A stretch of 64,000 nt of DNA, taken from contig CAVSGO010000007.1 in the NCBI GenBank assembly GCA_963727525.1, forward strand, positions 96,001 through 160,000, written 5' to 3'. The first letter of the stretch is position 1, and each line of letters begins with the position of its first letter. Below the pieces are notes generated by a model that did no database searches, had not been told where the DNA came from, and worked only from the letters and a program-made list of their open reading frames with translations. Below are positions 46,991-58,512 of this stretch, piece after piece. A program made the position numbers and the translations under genes. This DNA comes from an uncultured bacterium (GTDB taxonomy: Bacteria; Krumholzibacteriota; Krumholzibacteriia; LZORAL124-64-63).

Positions 46991-47087
46991 CCTGAACCCG
47001 TCTCATCCCGCAAGCTCATGACTTGTTGCGTGTTATATCCGGGGAGGCGACAGCCTCGCCGCGGCTGCAATCTTGCAACCATGAGCA

Positions 47088-47127
47088 CGGCATGAGTTCG
47101 GGGATGGGAGGACCCGGGCTCATGCCG
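47088..47127. terminator. Long GC-rich hairpin between convergent genes
   Basis: cggcatgagttcggg..cccgggctcatgccg, 15-bp stem with two G-U pairs on the + strand. Confidence 0.5.
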
Positions 47128-47192
47128 GGCAGGGCTGCCGGGTTGGCATGGCGCCACGTCCGCCCGGCGGCCCTCCCTCTCGCCGGCCGCGC

Positions 47193-47984
47193 TCAGCTCG
47201 CGGCCGTCTCGGTCTTTTCCGGCTTGCGACCCTTGGTGAACACGATGCGATTGATTTCGGCGGTGAGGTCATCGATGGTCAGTCCGCGCTTGATGTGACC
47301 CATGTAGGCCAGGGAGATGGCGCGCGTCTCTTCGCTGACGACGATGATGATGGCGTCGCTCACCTCGCTCAGCCCGATGGCCGCCCGGTGTCGTGTGCCG
47401 AGCACGTAGCCGAGCTGCTCGCGCTCCGTGATGGGCAGGATGCAACTGGCGGCGATGAGCTGTCCCTGTCCTATGATCACGGCACCATCGTGCAGGGGGC
47501 CCGGTACCGTGAAGATGGCCTCCAGGGTCGGGGCGCTGATCTCGGCGTGGAGCATCGTGCCGGTCTTGATCCAGCGGCCGAGCCGCACCTCGCGTTCGAT
47601 CACGATCAACGCGCCCAGGCCGCGCTTGCTGAGGCGTTCGACGGCTTGCAGGATCTCCTTCTCGGCCGGAATCTCCTCGTCGGTGCGCAGCATGCGGATG
47701 CCGCGACGCATGCCCAGGTCGGCCAGCGCGGCGCGCAGCTCGGGCTGGAAGAGGATGATGAAGGCCACGACCCAGATGGTCTGCAGCGAATGGATGATGC
47801 GACCGACGACGATCATCCCCAGGGCATTGGAGAGGAAGCTGAGGAGTAGGAGCAGCGCGAGTCCCACGAACATCTGCAGCGCCCGCGTGTCGCGGACGAA
47901 GCGCAGCAGGCGGTAGAGCAGGAACGCCACGATGAGGATGTCCAGGACATCGATGATCGGGCTCTGGATCAGACGCTCCCACAT
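47193..47984 (-). CDS. cdaA: Diadenylate cyclase CdaA
   Basis: Three N-terminal TM helices, FQPELR, PLHDGAV, LGTRHRAAIG, VSEET. Confidence 0.96.
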   Translation of the reverse strand: MWERLIQSPIIDVLDILIVAFLLYRLLRFVRDTRALQMFVGLALLLLLSFLSNALGMIVVGRIIHSLQTIWVVAFIILFQPELRAALADLGMRRGIRMLRTDEEIPAEKEILQAVERLSKRGLGALIVIEREVRLGRWIKTGTMLHAEISAPTLEAIFTVPGPLHDGAVIIGQGQLIAASCILPITEREQLGYVLGTRHRAAIGLSEVSDAIIIVVSEETRAISLAYMGHIKRGLTIDDLTAEINRIVFTKGRKPEKTETAAS

Positions 47985-48075
47985 GGACGGGCATCCCGGG
48001 GCTAAGAGATCAGGGTCACGTGAGCATCACATCCGGTCGACTTCGGACGGACGCGCGAGCCGACACCGCACCATA

Positions 48076-48974
48076 TCACGCGCCGCCGGCGTGCTCAACG
48101 TCCGCCTGCTGGCCGTTCCGGGCGGCGTCGATCGCGGCCAGGGTCTCGAGGAACTGCACCGACGGCGCCACATCGTGCACGCGGACCACGCAGGCCCCCG
48201 CCGCGAGAGCGGCCGCGAGGGCGGCGAGGCTACCGCCAAGGCGGTCGGCGACCGCCGCTCCCGTGATGTGAGCGATGAAGCTCTTGCGGCTGGCGCCGAC
48301 CAGCAAGCCGTGGCCACCGGCCACGCGCCGGAGGTTCGCCAGCAGCGCGAGATTGTGCTCGAGATGCTTGCCGAAGCCGAGGCCGGGGTCGACGAGCAGG
48401 CGCGCGGGCGCGATCCCGGCAGCCGTCGCCGCGCCGACCCGACCGGCCAGGTAGGCGCCCACCTCGGCCACGATGTCGTCGTAGTGCGGATCCGCCTGCA
48501 TCGTGCGGGGGGTACCCTGCATGTGCATGAGTACGGCGCCGCAGCCCGTCCTGGCCACGAGGGGGAGCAGATCGGGATCGCCCCGGCCCGCCGTGATGTC
48601 GTTGATCACGTCGGCGCCGGCGTCGAGGGCGGCCTCGGCCGTCGCGGCGCGGTTCGTGTCCACGCTCAGGGGCGCGTCGGTCTGACGGCGCAGCTCGGTC
48701 AGCACGGGGAGGAGCCGACGCTGCTCCTCGTCCGCGGGCACCGGCGAGCTGCCCGGCCGGGTCGATTCGGCACCGAGGTCCACGATATCGGCCCCGGCGT
48801 CGAGCATGGTCAGGGCCGCCGAGACCGCGGTTTCGACACTGGTCAGTCGCGATGCGGGGTAGAAGCTGTCGGGCGTGAGGTTGACGATGCCCATGACCAG
48901 CGGGCGGCGGATGGGTCGCAGCACGCGCCGGCCGATGTCCCAGGCCGGCGTGTGCGGCGTGCGGTCCGACAAGG

Positions 48975-48978
<4 letters not shown>
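48076..48978 (-). CDS. folP: Dihydropteroate synthase
   Basis: MGIVNLTPDSF, GAESTRPG, SVDT, IND, DPGLGFGK, GASRKSF, RVHDV. Confidence 0.97.
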
Positions 48979-51056
<2,078 letters not shown>

Positions 51057-51071
51057 ACGAAGGGCGGTCGG

Positions 51072-52472
51072 TCACCGGTGCTGTGCGCCCGCCGACGCCG
51101 ACCGCCTCTGCAGCAGAATGGTAACGACCTGATCAGTCGTCGGCAATACGCGGGTCCGTTCGGACTGCGCGAGGCCGACGAGCCAGAGAATGCCGGCGTC
51201 GTCCCGGACAGTGAGCCAGGAGGGACGCAGCGCGACCGGGATCTGTTTCTCCTGAAAAAGATCGCTCAGCTTTTTGCGACCGCCAAGCCCGAAGAGCGCG
51301 ATCGTGTCTCCGGGTTGCCAGTTTGCCACACGCAGGGATCCCCGCAATGCGCTCGCGGGGCAGGCGAGGCGACCCCCATCGGGACCGATCTCGGGCCCGG
51401 GCGGCCTGCCGGCGCTCGCGAGCACCGGTGCGATGCGGACGCGGAAATCGCTCGCCTCGCCGCGCGGCACGTTTCCGGCCGCCGCTTCGGTTCCCCCCGG
51501 GACGAGCCGGTCGAACTCGCGCACGACCCGGATTCCTCCGGGCAGGTCGAGGCCCTGTCCCGATCGCCCCTCGCGCAGCCAGTGCCGCAATACCTCGACG
51601 TGGTTGGCCTCGAGGTCCGTCGCCAATCCGCACGAGCGGTCGAGCCATCGGCGCAGCACGCGCCGCTGCAGGGCGAGGGGCTGAGCCAGCAGGGACCTCA
51701 CGCCGAGGGCGCCGCCGCCCGCGTCGCAGTCGGCGAGGGCTGTGTCCGTGAGTTCGTCGAGCAGGGCGAGGTCGGCGGTAGCCAGGTCCGCCAGGCGCGC
51801 GGGCGCGGCTGCGGCACCTTGGCCGAAGATGTCGCGCACCAGGGGCAGCAGTTCGCGTCGCAGGCGGTTGCGCGTGGCCTCGTCGGCTCCGTTGGTCGCA
51901 TCCTCGCGCCAGGGCTGCACGGCATCCGCCAGGAACGCCACGATGGTCGCGCGGTCCTCCGCGAGCAGCGGGTGGATCACGGTCCCGGCCACGGGTCGCA
52001 GTCCGGCGAGACCGTCGAGGCCACAGCCCCGCCACAGGCGCAGGAGCACCGTCTCGATCTGGTCGTCGCGATGATGCCCGGTGGCGACAGCCACCAGGTC
52101 CGGATCGGCCGCGAGCACCTCGGCGAAGAATGTGTGCCGCAGCGTTCTTCCCGCTTCCTCGAGCCCGCGACCGCGCGTACGCGCCAGGGGACGGGGGTCA
52201 GCCCTGCGGAGGTGCAGGGGCACGGCCAGGCGCGCGCAGAGGTCGCGGCAGAACGCGGCGTCGGTGTCGGCGTCCGGTCCACGGAGCTGGTGGTTGAGAT
52301 GAGCCGCCGCCACCGGACGGCCTGTCGCGTCCCGCCAAGCGCACGCGGAGAGCAGGAGGGCTACCGAGTCGGATCCGCCCGACAGGGCCACGAGCACGCC
52401 GCCGCCGCCGAGGCTGTCCGTGAGGCGCGTCAGCTCGGAAACCGTGCGTTCGAGGAACGGATGGCGGGTCAC
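51072..52472 (-). CDS. tilS: tRNA(Ile)-lysidine synthetase
   Basis: PP-loop ALSGGSDS, HLNHQLRG, GHHRDDQIET, DATN..RNRLR, C-terminal KKLSDLF. Lies upstream of ftsH. Confidence 0.96.
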   Translation of the reverse strand: MTRHPFLERTVSELTRLTDSLGGGGVLVALSGGSDSVALLLSACAWRDATGRPVAAAHLNHQLRGPDADTDAAFCRDLCARLAVPLHLRRADPRPLARTRGRGLEEAGRTLRHTFFAEVLAADPDLVAVATGHHRDDQIETVLLRLWRGCGLDGLAGLRPVAGTVIHPLLAEDRATIVAFLADAVQPWREDATNGADEATRNRLRRELLPLVRDIFGQGAAAAPARLADLATADLALLDELTDTALADCDAGGGALGVRSLLAQPLALQRRVLRRWLDRSCGLATDLEANHVEVLRHWLREGRSGQGLDLPGGIRVVREFDRLVPGGTEAAAGNVPRGEASDFRVRIAPVLASAGRPPGPEIGPDGGRLACPASALRGSLRVANWQPGDTIALFGLGGRKKLSDLFQEKQIPVALRPSWLTVRDDAGILWLVGLAQSERTRVLPTTDQVVTILLQRRSASAGAQHR

Positions 52473-52507
52473 GCGGTCTCCCGTCGATCGTCGCCCAGGC
52501 CCGTACG

Positions 52508-52539
52508 AAAAAAACGAGCCGAGTCCGGCGGGCTCGGCT
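52508..52539 (-). terminator. Intrinsic terminator downstream of the tRNA
   Basis: Minus strand agccgagccc-gcc-ggactcggct, then cg and T7. Confidence 0.7.
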
Positions 52540-52552
52540 GCGAAGCGAAGGG

Positions 52553-52629
52553 TGGTGCCGCCTCAGGGATTCGAACCCCGGACACGCGGATTATGATTCC
52601 GCTGCTCTAACCGACTGAGCTAAGGCGGC
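52553..52629 (-). tRNA. tRNA with CAT anticodon (most likely elongator Met; Ile2 not excluded)
   Basis: GCCGCCTTAGCTCAGTCGGTTAGAGCAGCGGAATCATAATCCGCGTGTCCGGGGTTCGAATCCCTGAGGCGGCACCA forms a full cloverleaf with encoded CCA. The paired 1-72 position argues against an initiator. Confidence 0.96.
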
Positions 52630-52681
52630 ACCTCGGGCGGGCACGGGCACGAGCCCGCCGCCGCAAATGCGGCGAGGACAG

Positions 52682-52710
52682 AAGTTAGCCGGGCGTCCAT
52701 ACCTTGTCAA
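52682..52710 (-). promoter_or_regulatory. Sigma-70 promoter of the tRNA
   Basis: TTGACA-N17-TAACTT on the minus strand. Confidence 0.75.
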
Positions 52711-52769
52711 GCCGGCCCGGGAGGCCTATTGTCGCCAGCGAAACGGACGTCGCCTACCGGAGGATTCCC

Positions 52770-53843
52770 GTGACCGCAGCCTGGCAACCGCCCGTCGACC
52801 GCCCGCTCGAGGAAGGTGAGGCCTCCCTGGCTCCTCTGCTCGGGCGCACGGTGGCGATCATCGGCTATGGTACGATGGGCCGCGCCCACGCACTGAACCT
52901 GCGGGACGGCGGACATGCCGTGGTCGTCGGCGCGCGGGTGGGGTCGGCGCGCGGGGAACTCGCCCGCCGTGAGGGCTGCGACGTGCGGACGGTCGGCGAC
53001 GCCGTCACGGCCGCGGACGTCGTGATGCTGATGCTTCCCGACGAGGCGATGGCCCTGGTTTACGCGCAGCAGGTCGCGCCCCGGCTGGGTCCCAGCGCGG
53101 CGCTCGGCTTCGCCCACGGCTTTGCGGTGGCCTTCGATCAGATTCGTCCCGAGAGAGGGCGACCCTGCTTCCTGGTGGCGCCCAAGGCTCAGGGCGACCT
53201 CCTGCGCGACGCATTCGAGGCCGGCGGTGGCATGCCCGGCCTGCTCGCCGTCACCGACGCCTCGCCGCCCGAAACCTGGGCCCTCGCCGCCGCGTATGCG
53301 CGCGCGATCGGCTGTCTGCGCGGCGGCGGCTGGCGCACGACGTTTCGTGCGGAGTGCGTGAGCGACGAGTTCGGAGAGCAAGTGGTGCTCTGCGGTGGCG
53401 TGATCGAACTGCTCCAGGCCGCGTTCGACACGCTGGTCGCGCGGGGGTACGATCCCGCCAACGCCTACTTCGAATGCGTGCACGAGCTGAAGCTGATCAC
53501 GGACCTCGTGCACCGTCAGGGGATCGACGGGATGCGCCGGCGCATCAGCCGCACCGCAGCCTACGGCGGACTCACGCGCGGCCCGCGCGTGATCGACGCC
53601 GCGGCTCGCGCGCGCATCGCGGCCATCCTCGACGAGATCGAGTCGGGTGACTTCGCCCGCGAGTTCCTGGCGCGCCACGACGATCCTGCGGCGGGTGTCG
53701 CCGCGCTGGGGATGGTGGAGGCGCGCTCGGACCTGGTCCGCACCGGCCACGCCATGCAGGCGCGGCTCGATGGTACGACACGAGCGCCAGTAATCTCGGC
53801 CGATGCCGGCGAGGCGCTCGACACAACCGAGGAGACACCATGA
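52770..53843 (+). CDS. ilvC: Ketol-acid reductoisomerase (short chain)
   Basis: IIGYGTMGRAHALNLRDG, LPDE, FAHGF, VAPK, FGEQVVLCGG, AYFECVHELKLI. RBS GGAGG before GTG. Confidence 0.93.
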   Translation: MTAAWQPPVDRPLEEGEASLAPLLGRTVAIIGYGTMGRAHALNLRDGGHAVVVGARVGSARGELARREGCDVRTVGDAVTAADVVMLMLPDEAMALVYAQQVAPRLGPSAALGFAHGFAVAFDQIRPERGRPCFLVAPKAQGDLLRDAFEAGGGMPGLLAVTDASPPETWALAAAYARAIGCLRGGGWRTTFRAECVSDEFGEQVVLCGGVIELLQAAFDTLVARGYDPANAYFECVHELKLITDLVHRQGIDGMRRRISRTAAYGGLTRGPRVIDAAARARIAAILDEIESGDFAREFLARHDDPAAGVAALGMVEARSDLVRTGHAMQARLDGTTRAPVISADAGEALDTTEETP

Positions 53844-54583
53844 GCGAAGACGCGAGTCTCAGCCCGCTTCCGCCCGAATCCTCGCTATGGGAACGCATCC
53901 CGCTGCTCGTGCAGCGCCCGTCGGTGGCGTTCGCGCGGGTGGCGCAGCGCCCGGCGTGGTGGCTGCCGGGGCTGGTCCTCTTCGTCCTCGTGGCTCTCTA
54001 CACGGCGATGAACTGCCACGTGATCGTGCCAGGCAGTCTGAGTGCGGCGCTGGACAAGGCGGACGGCAAGCAGCTCGAGGTCCTTCAGAAGCAGATGGCC
54101 CTGTTCTCCGATCCGCCGGCCTGGCTGCGCTTCATCACCGGTTTCGGCGCCGGTTTCGGGATCTGGGTCGTCATGGCGATCCAGGCGCTGATCTACCACC
54201 TCTTCCTGCGTCTCTCGGAGGGCAAGGGCACGGTGGGGCAGAGCTTCGGCGTGGTCTACTGGGCGGCGCTGGTACCCACGCTCATGAAGACCCTGCTGAG
54301 CTGGATCGTCATCGTCGTCACCGACGGTGCCCATCTCCTGCGGGACACGGGGCTGGCGGCGTTGGTACCGGACAAGGCGAGCGACTCGCTGCCCTACCAG
54401 CTCGCAACATTCTTCGGCGATGTGTTCTCGATCTGGACGGTCGTGCTCACCATCATCGGATTCGCGGTGGTGCACCGCATCGCGCGCGGCCGGTCCGCCC
54501 TGGTCACGGTCCTGGTGTACGTCCTGATCTCCGCCTGCATGATCGGGCTCAGCCTGCTGGGTAAGGCGATGGGAAGGGGATAG
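53840..54583 (+). CDS. Yip1/YknW-like multi-TM membrane protein
   Basis: PSVAF..PAWWLP start and about five hydrophobic helices, in an efflux operon. Confidence 0.8.
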   Translation: MSEDASLSPLPPESSLWERIPLLVQRPSVAFARVAQRPAWWLPGLVLFVLVALYTAMNCHVIVPGSLSAALDKADGKQLEVLQKQMALFSDPPAWLRFITGFGAGFGIWVVMAIQALIYHLFLRLSEGKGTVGQSFGVVYWAALVPTLMKTLLSWIVIVVTDGAHLLRDTGLAALVPDKASDSLPYQLATFFGDVFSIWTVVLTIIGFAVVHRIARGRSALVTVLVYVLISACMIGLSLLGKAMGRG

Positions 54584-54584
54584 C

Positions 54585-55898
54585 GTGAAGAAACTGCTCA
54601 TCATCGGCGCCGTCGTGGTCGCCGTCGCGGCGTTGATCTTTCTCAGCCTCGCGCGTACCGGACACAAGGGCGACGCCGAGGTCGAGACGGCGCGCGTCGA
54701 TCGCAAGGACCTCACCGAGATCGTGCGCGCGAGCGGTACCATCGAGCCCAAGCGCTCGGTGGACGTGAGCGCCAACACGATCGGCACCATCACCAACCTC
54801 GCGGTGGAGGAGGGACAGACCGTCGCGCAGGGCGATCTGCTCCTCGAGATCGATCCCACCGAGTACCGGGCGGCGCTGCAGGCGCTCGAGGCGGCGGTAC
54901 GGACCGGCGAGGCAGACCTGCAACTCGCGGAGGCGTCGGCCGAGAAGGCCGACATCGACCTGAAACGCGCCGAGTCGCTCTTCCGTGAAGGTCTCAATTC
55001 CGAGGAAGCGGTGCAGAGCGCCCGCACCAATGCGCGGGTGGAGCACGCGCGCGTCGAGGCGGCACAGAGCCAGCTCCAGCAGACGCACGCCAACCTCGAG
55101 AAGGCGCGCCACGATCTCGAGAAGGTCACCCTCACGGCGCCGATGTCGGGCATCATCACCAAGCTCAACGTCGAGGAGGGCGAGAACGCCATCATGGGCA
55201 CGCTCAATAACCCCGGCACGGTGCTGCTGTCGATCGCCGACCTCGGCACGATGGAGGCCTGGGTCGAGGTCGACGAGACCGAGGTGGTCGATGTCCGCCT
55301 GGGTCAGAAGGCGACCATCGACATCGACGCGTTCCCCGACACCACCTATACCGGCACCGTCACCGAGATCGGTCACAGCCCCATCAACACGAGCACCGGC
55401 GCCGGGCAGGAAGCCGTCGACTTCGAGGTGAAGATCACACTCGACGAGCGCATCCCGCACATCCGGCCGGGCCTGTCGGCCAAGGCCGAGATCACGGTGG
55501 CCACGCGCAAGGAGGCCCTGGCCGTGCCGCTGGGGTCGGTCACCGTGCGCAACTGGCCGCTGCGCGACAGCGACATCCGCACGTACCGCGGCGGGCAGGC
55601 CCGTCGCCAGGGAGCGGCCCTCGACAGCCTCGGCTTCACCACCGAGGGCGTGGCGGACAGCGTGAAGACCAAGGAGACCGAGGGCGTCTTCGTGCTGCGC
55701 GATGGCTTCGTGAAGTTCGTGCCCGTGACCATCGGCATTGCCGGGGAGGAGTCGTTCGAGATCACCCGCGGCGTGACGGAAGGCGAATCGGTGGTCAGCG
55801 GTCCCTTCCGCGAGTTGCGCGAACTGAAGGACGGTGCCGAGGTCCGCGAAGCCCACACGGGCGGCAAGAAGGGCAAGAAGGACCGTAACGCGTCATGA
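54585..55898 (+). CDS. Efflux periplasmic adaptor (MacA/YknX-like membrane fusion protein)
   Basis: N-terminal TM, ASGTIEP, VEEGQTVAQGDLL, coiled coil, APMSGII, VDETEV, RPGLSA. Confidence 0.93.
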   Translation: MKKLLIIGAVVVAVAALIFLSLARTGHKGDAEVETARVDRKDLTEIVRASGTIEPKRSVDVSANTIGTITNLAVEEGQTVAQGDLLLEIDPTEYRAALQALEAAVRTGEADLQLAEASAEKADIDLKRAESLFREGLNSEEAVQSARTNARVEHARVEAAQSQLQQTHANLEKARHDLEKVTLTAPMSGIITKLNVEEGENAIMGTLNNPGTVLLSIADLGTMEAWVEVDETEVVDVRLGQKATIDIDAFPDTTYTGTVTEIGHSPINTSTGAGQEAVDFEVKITLDERIPHIRPGLSAKAEITVATRKEALAVPLGSVTVRNWPLRDSDIRTYRGGQARRQGAALDSLGFTTEGVADSVKTKETEGVFVLRDGFVKFVPVTIGIAGEESFEITRGVTEGESVVSGPFRELRELKDGAEVREAHTGGKKGKKDRNAS

Positions 55899-57124
55899 TC
55901 CACCTGGCCGGCGTCGGCATCGCCCTGGAGAACCTGCGCACGCACAAGCTGCGCACGTTGCTGACGCTTCTGGGCAATATCGTGGGCACCATGTCGGTGA
56001 TCGCCGTCGTGTCGCTGATCTACGGCGCCGATCGCTATGCCCGCCAGGTCGTGCTCGACGAGGGCACCGACGTCTTCACGATCACCCGCGTGAACGGCGT
56101 GCAGTTCCTCACCGATTTCGACGCGTTCCTCGCGTCGCTCAACAACCCCGACCTCACTCTCGCCGACCGCGACTGGTTGCAACAGCACATGACGGAGGCG
56201 CGCGTCGTCGGGGCCAGCCTCGAGACGATCGGCAACCTGCGGGCCGGCAGCGCCGAGTTCAAGAACGCGCAGATCCGCGGCAAGACCGAGGACTACCCGT
56301 TGCTGGAGGATCTGCCGCTGCTGGCGGGGCGGCACCTCACGATGGCCGACGTTCGCACGAGTCGACCGGTGGCGGTGATCGGGTTCGACGTGGCCCGTGA
56401 TCTCTTCCCGCGCCTGCCCGACCCCTTGGGCCATGAATTCCGCCTCGGTGGCCGGCACCTGACGGTGGTGGGCATCGTCGACGACCGCGGCACCGTGATG
56501 GGCGAGAACCGCAACCAGTTCGTGGTCCTGCCCATCACCACCTACGGCAAGATCTACGGCGGCGGGCACTCGGTCGACATCAAGGTCGGGGCGCGCGATC
56601 TCGAGGCGCTCGAGGCGGCCAAGGACGAGGCCACCTTCATGCTGCGCATGCGCCACCGGTTACGTCCCCTGGCCGACAACGACTTCGCGATCCAGACCTC
56701 CGACCAGCTCCTGGGTCTGTGGGGCAACATCACGGGGGCGATCTACGGCGCGCTGGTGCCGCTCGTGGGCATCAGCCTGGTGGTGGGCGGCATCGTGCTC
56801 ATGAACGTCATGCTGGTGTCCGTCACCGAGCGCACGCGCGAGGTAGGCATCCGCAAGGCGCTGGGCGCCACGCGACGTAGCGTCGCGGGCCAGTTTCTGA
56901 TCGAGGCCATCACGCTCTCGCTCGTGGGTGGCCTGCTCGGCATCGGCATCGGCGTGGGCCTGGCCTGGCTCATCGCGGTGCTCAGCCCGCTCAACTTCGC
57001 GGTGGCGGGATGGTCGATCGGCCTGGGCATCCTCGTCAACTTCCTCATCGGGACGTTCTTCGGCTCATATCCGGCCTGGAAGGCGGCCGGTCTCGATCCC
57101 GTGGAGGCGCTGCGCTATGAATAG
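55895..57124 (+). CDS. ABC transporter permease (MacB/FtsX family)
   Basis: KLRTLLTLLG, VGGIVLMNVMLVSVTERTREVGIRKALGA, PAWKAAGLDPVEALRYE. Confidence 0.95.
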   Translation: MIHLAGVGIALENLRTHKLRTLLTLLGNIVGTMSVIAVVSLIYGADRYARQVVLDEGTDVFTITRVNGVQFLTDFDAFLASLNNPDLTLADRDWLQQHMTEARVVGASLETIGNLRAGSAEFKNAQIRGKTEDYPLLEDLPLLAGRHLTMADVRTSRPVAVIGFDVARDLFPRLPDPLGHEFRLGGRHLTVVGIVDDRGTVMGENRNQFVVLPITTYGKIYGGGHSVDIKVGARDLEALEAAKDEATFMLRMRHRLRPLADNDFAIQTSDQLLGLWGNITGAIYGALVPLVGISLVVGGIVLMNVMLVSVTERTREVGIRKALGATRRSVAGQFLIEAITLSLVGGLLGIGIGVGLAWLIAVLSPLNFAVAGWSIGLGILVNFLIGTFFGSYPAWKAAGLDPVEALRYE

Positions 57125-58382
57125 GCGCGCCGGGGCCAGGCAATCGAGGCGGGCAGTCCATCTGCGCGAGGGCGTGGCTCAAGCGATGCAGGTCATCGTG
57201 GGGCACCGGATGCGCAGTTCGCTGCTCATCGTCGGCGTCGCGATCGGCGTGGCGACGCTCCTGGCCATGGTCACCATCGTGCACGGGCTGAGCCTGCGCA
57301 TCCGCAACGACGTGGTCTCGGCCAATCGGCCCTACCTGCGCGTCGCCCGGTACACGGGGCTCGGGGGCGAGGATGTCGACGAAAAAATGCGGCGGCGGCA
57401 GCTCGATCCCGAGTTGTTGCCGGACGTCGCGGCCACGCCGGGCGTCGACTATGTCGACTACATCATCCAGAATCACTCCGGAACCGTGCTGCACCACGGT
57501 AAGGAGCGCACGAACTTCGTGCAGATCTACGGGGCCACCGAGAACGATCCCTACCTGCTTAGCCTCGAGATCGGCGAGGGCCGGTTCTTCTCGGCCCAGG
57601 AGGTCGCGGCGCGAACCCGTGTGTGCGTGATCGGCTGGGGCCCGCGCCAGAGCCTCTTCCCGTATCTGGACCCCATCGGCAAGACCCTGCGTATCGAGGG
57701 CCATCCGTACGTCATCGTCGGGGTGGTCGCCGAGCGCAAGCTGGTGTTCGGGTCATTCGGCGAGAACTTCGTCACCGTCCCGTGGACGAGCTTCGAGAAG
57801 GACTTCCTTGGCGGGCGCGGCATGGAGGACCGGATCATCCTGGCCACCACGAAGCCCGGCGTCGCGACGGCGGAGGTCACGGACGATCTCACCGGCGCGT
57901 TGCGCCAGGCGCGTCACCTGCGGCCCGGTGAGCCCGACGATTTCGACATCACCTCGAGCGAGACCTACGGCGATCTGGTCGACAAGATCACCGGCGCCAT
58001 CGCCGTCATCCTGGTGGTGCTGGCGAGCATCGGCCTCATGGTCGGCGGCATCGGCGTCATGAACATCATGCTGATCTCGGTCACCGAGCGGACGCGGGAG
58101 ATCGGTGTACGCATGGCCCTGGGCGCGCGCCGCGGGGATGTGCTCTTCCAGGTGCTCGTCGAGGCCGGTACGCTCACCGGTATCGGCGGCGTGCTGGGCA
58201 TCGGGCTGGGGTACCTCCTGTCCTGGGCCGCCACCCACCTGCTCGCCTTCCCCTTCGGATTCGATCCCCTGTCCACGGCCGTGGCGACGATCTTCTCGGT
58301 GGCCATCGGCGTGATCTTCGGGCTGTATCCGGCGAATCGCGCGGCGCGTCTGGACCCGATCGAGGCGTTGCGGACGGAGTGA
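57117..58382 (+). CDS. ABC transporter permease (MacB/FtsX family), second copy
   Basis: RMRSSLLIVGVAIGV, VGGIGVMNIMLISVTERTREIGVRMALGA, PANRAARLDPIEALRTE. Confidence 0.95.
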   Translation: MNRRAGARQSRRAVHLREGVAQAMQVIVGHRMRSSLLIVGVAIGVATLLAMVTIVHGLSLRIRNDVVSANRPYLRVARYTGLGGEDVDEKMRRRQLDPELLPDVAATPGVDYVDYIIQNHSGTVLHHGKERTNFVQIYGATENDPYLLSLEIGEGRFFSAQEVAARTRVCVIGWGPRQSLFPYLDPIGKTLRIEGHPYVIVGVVAERKLVFGSFGENFVTVPWTSFEKDFLGGRGMEDRIILATTKPGVATAEVTDDLTGALRQARHLRPGEPDDFDITSSETYGDLVDKITGAIAVILVVLASIGLMVGGIGVMNIMLISVTERTREIGVRMALGARRGDVLFQVLVEAGTLTGIGGVLGIGLGYLLSWAATHLLAFPFGFDPLSTAVATIFSVAIGVIFGLYPANRAARLDPIEALRTE

Positions 58383-58512
58383 CCGCGCCCGATGGGAAAC
58401 CATCCCATCGCGGAATTGTGGGGCGCCCTTGGGACATTGTACCTAGCCTGGATGGGTAGCGACACGTCGCCTCGTCCAGAGGCGGTCGATCATCACGGCA
58501 AAGGAGGCCAAT

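Noticed and set aside
52553-52629. tRNA as an island integration site
   Set aside because: Flanked by housekeeping genes, and I saw no duplicated tRNA 3' end or integrase.
55895-58382. Similarity of the two permease 3' halves as a recent duplication or mobile repeat
   Set aside because: Explained by the conserved MacB family motif, and the periplasmic domains are very different.
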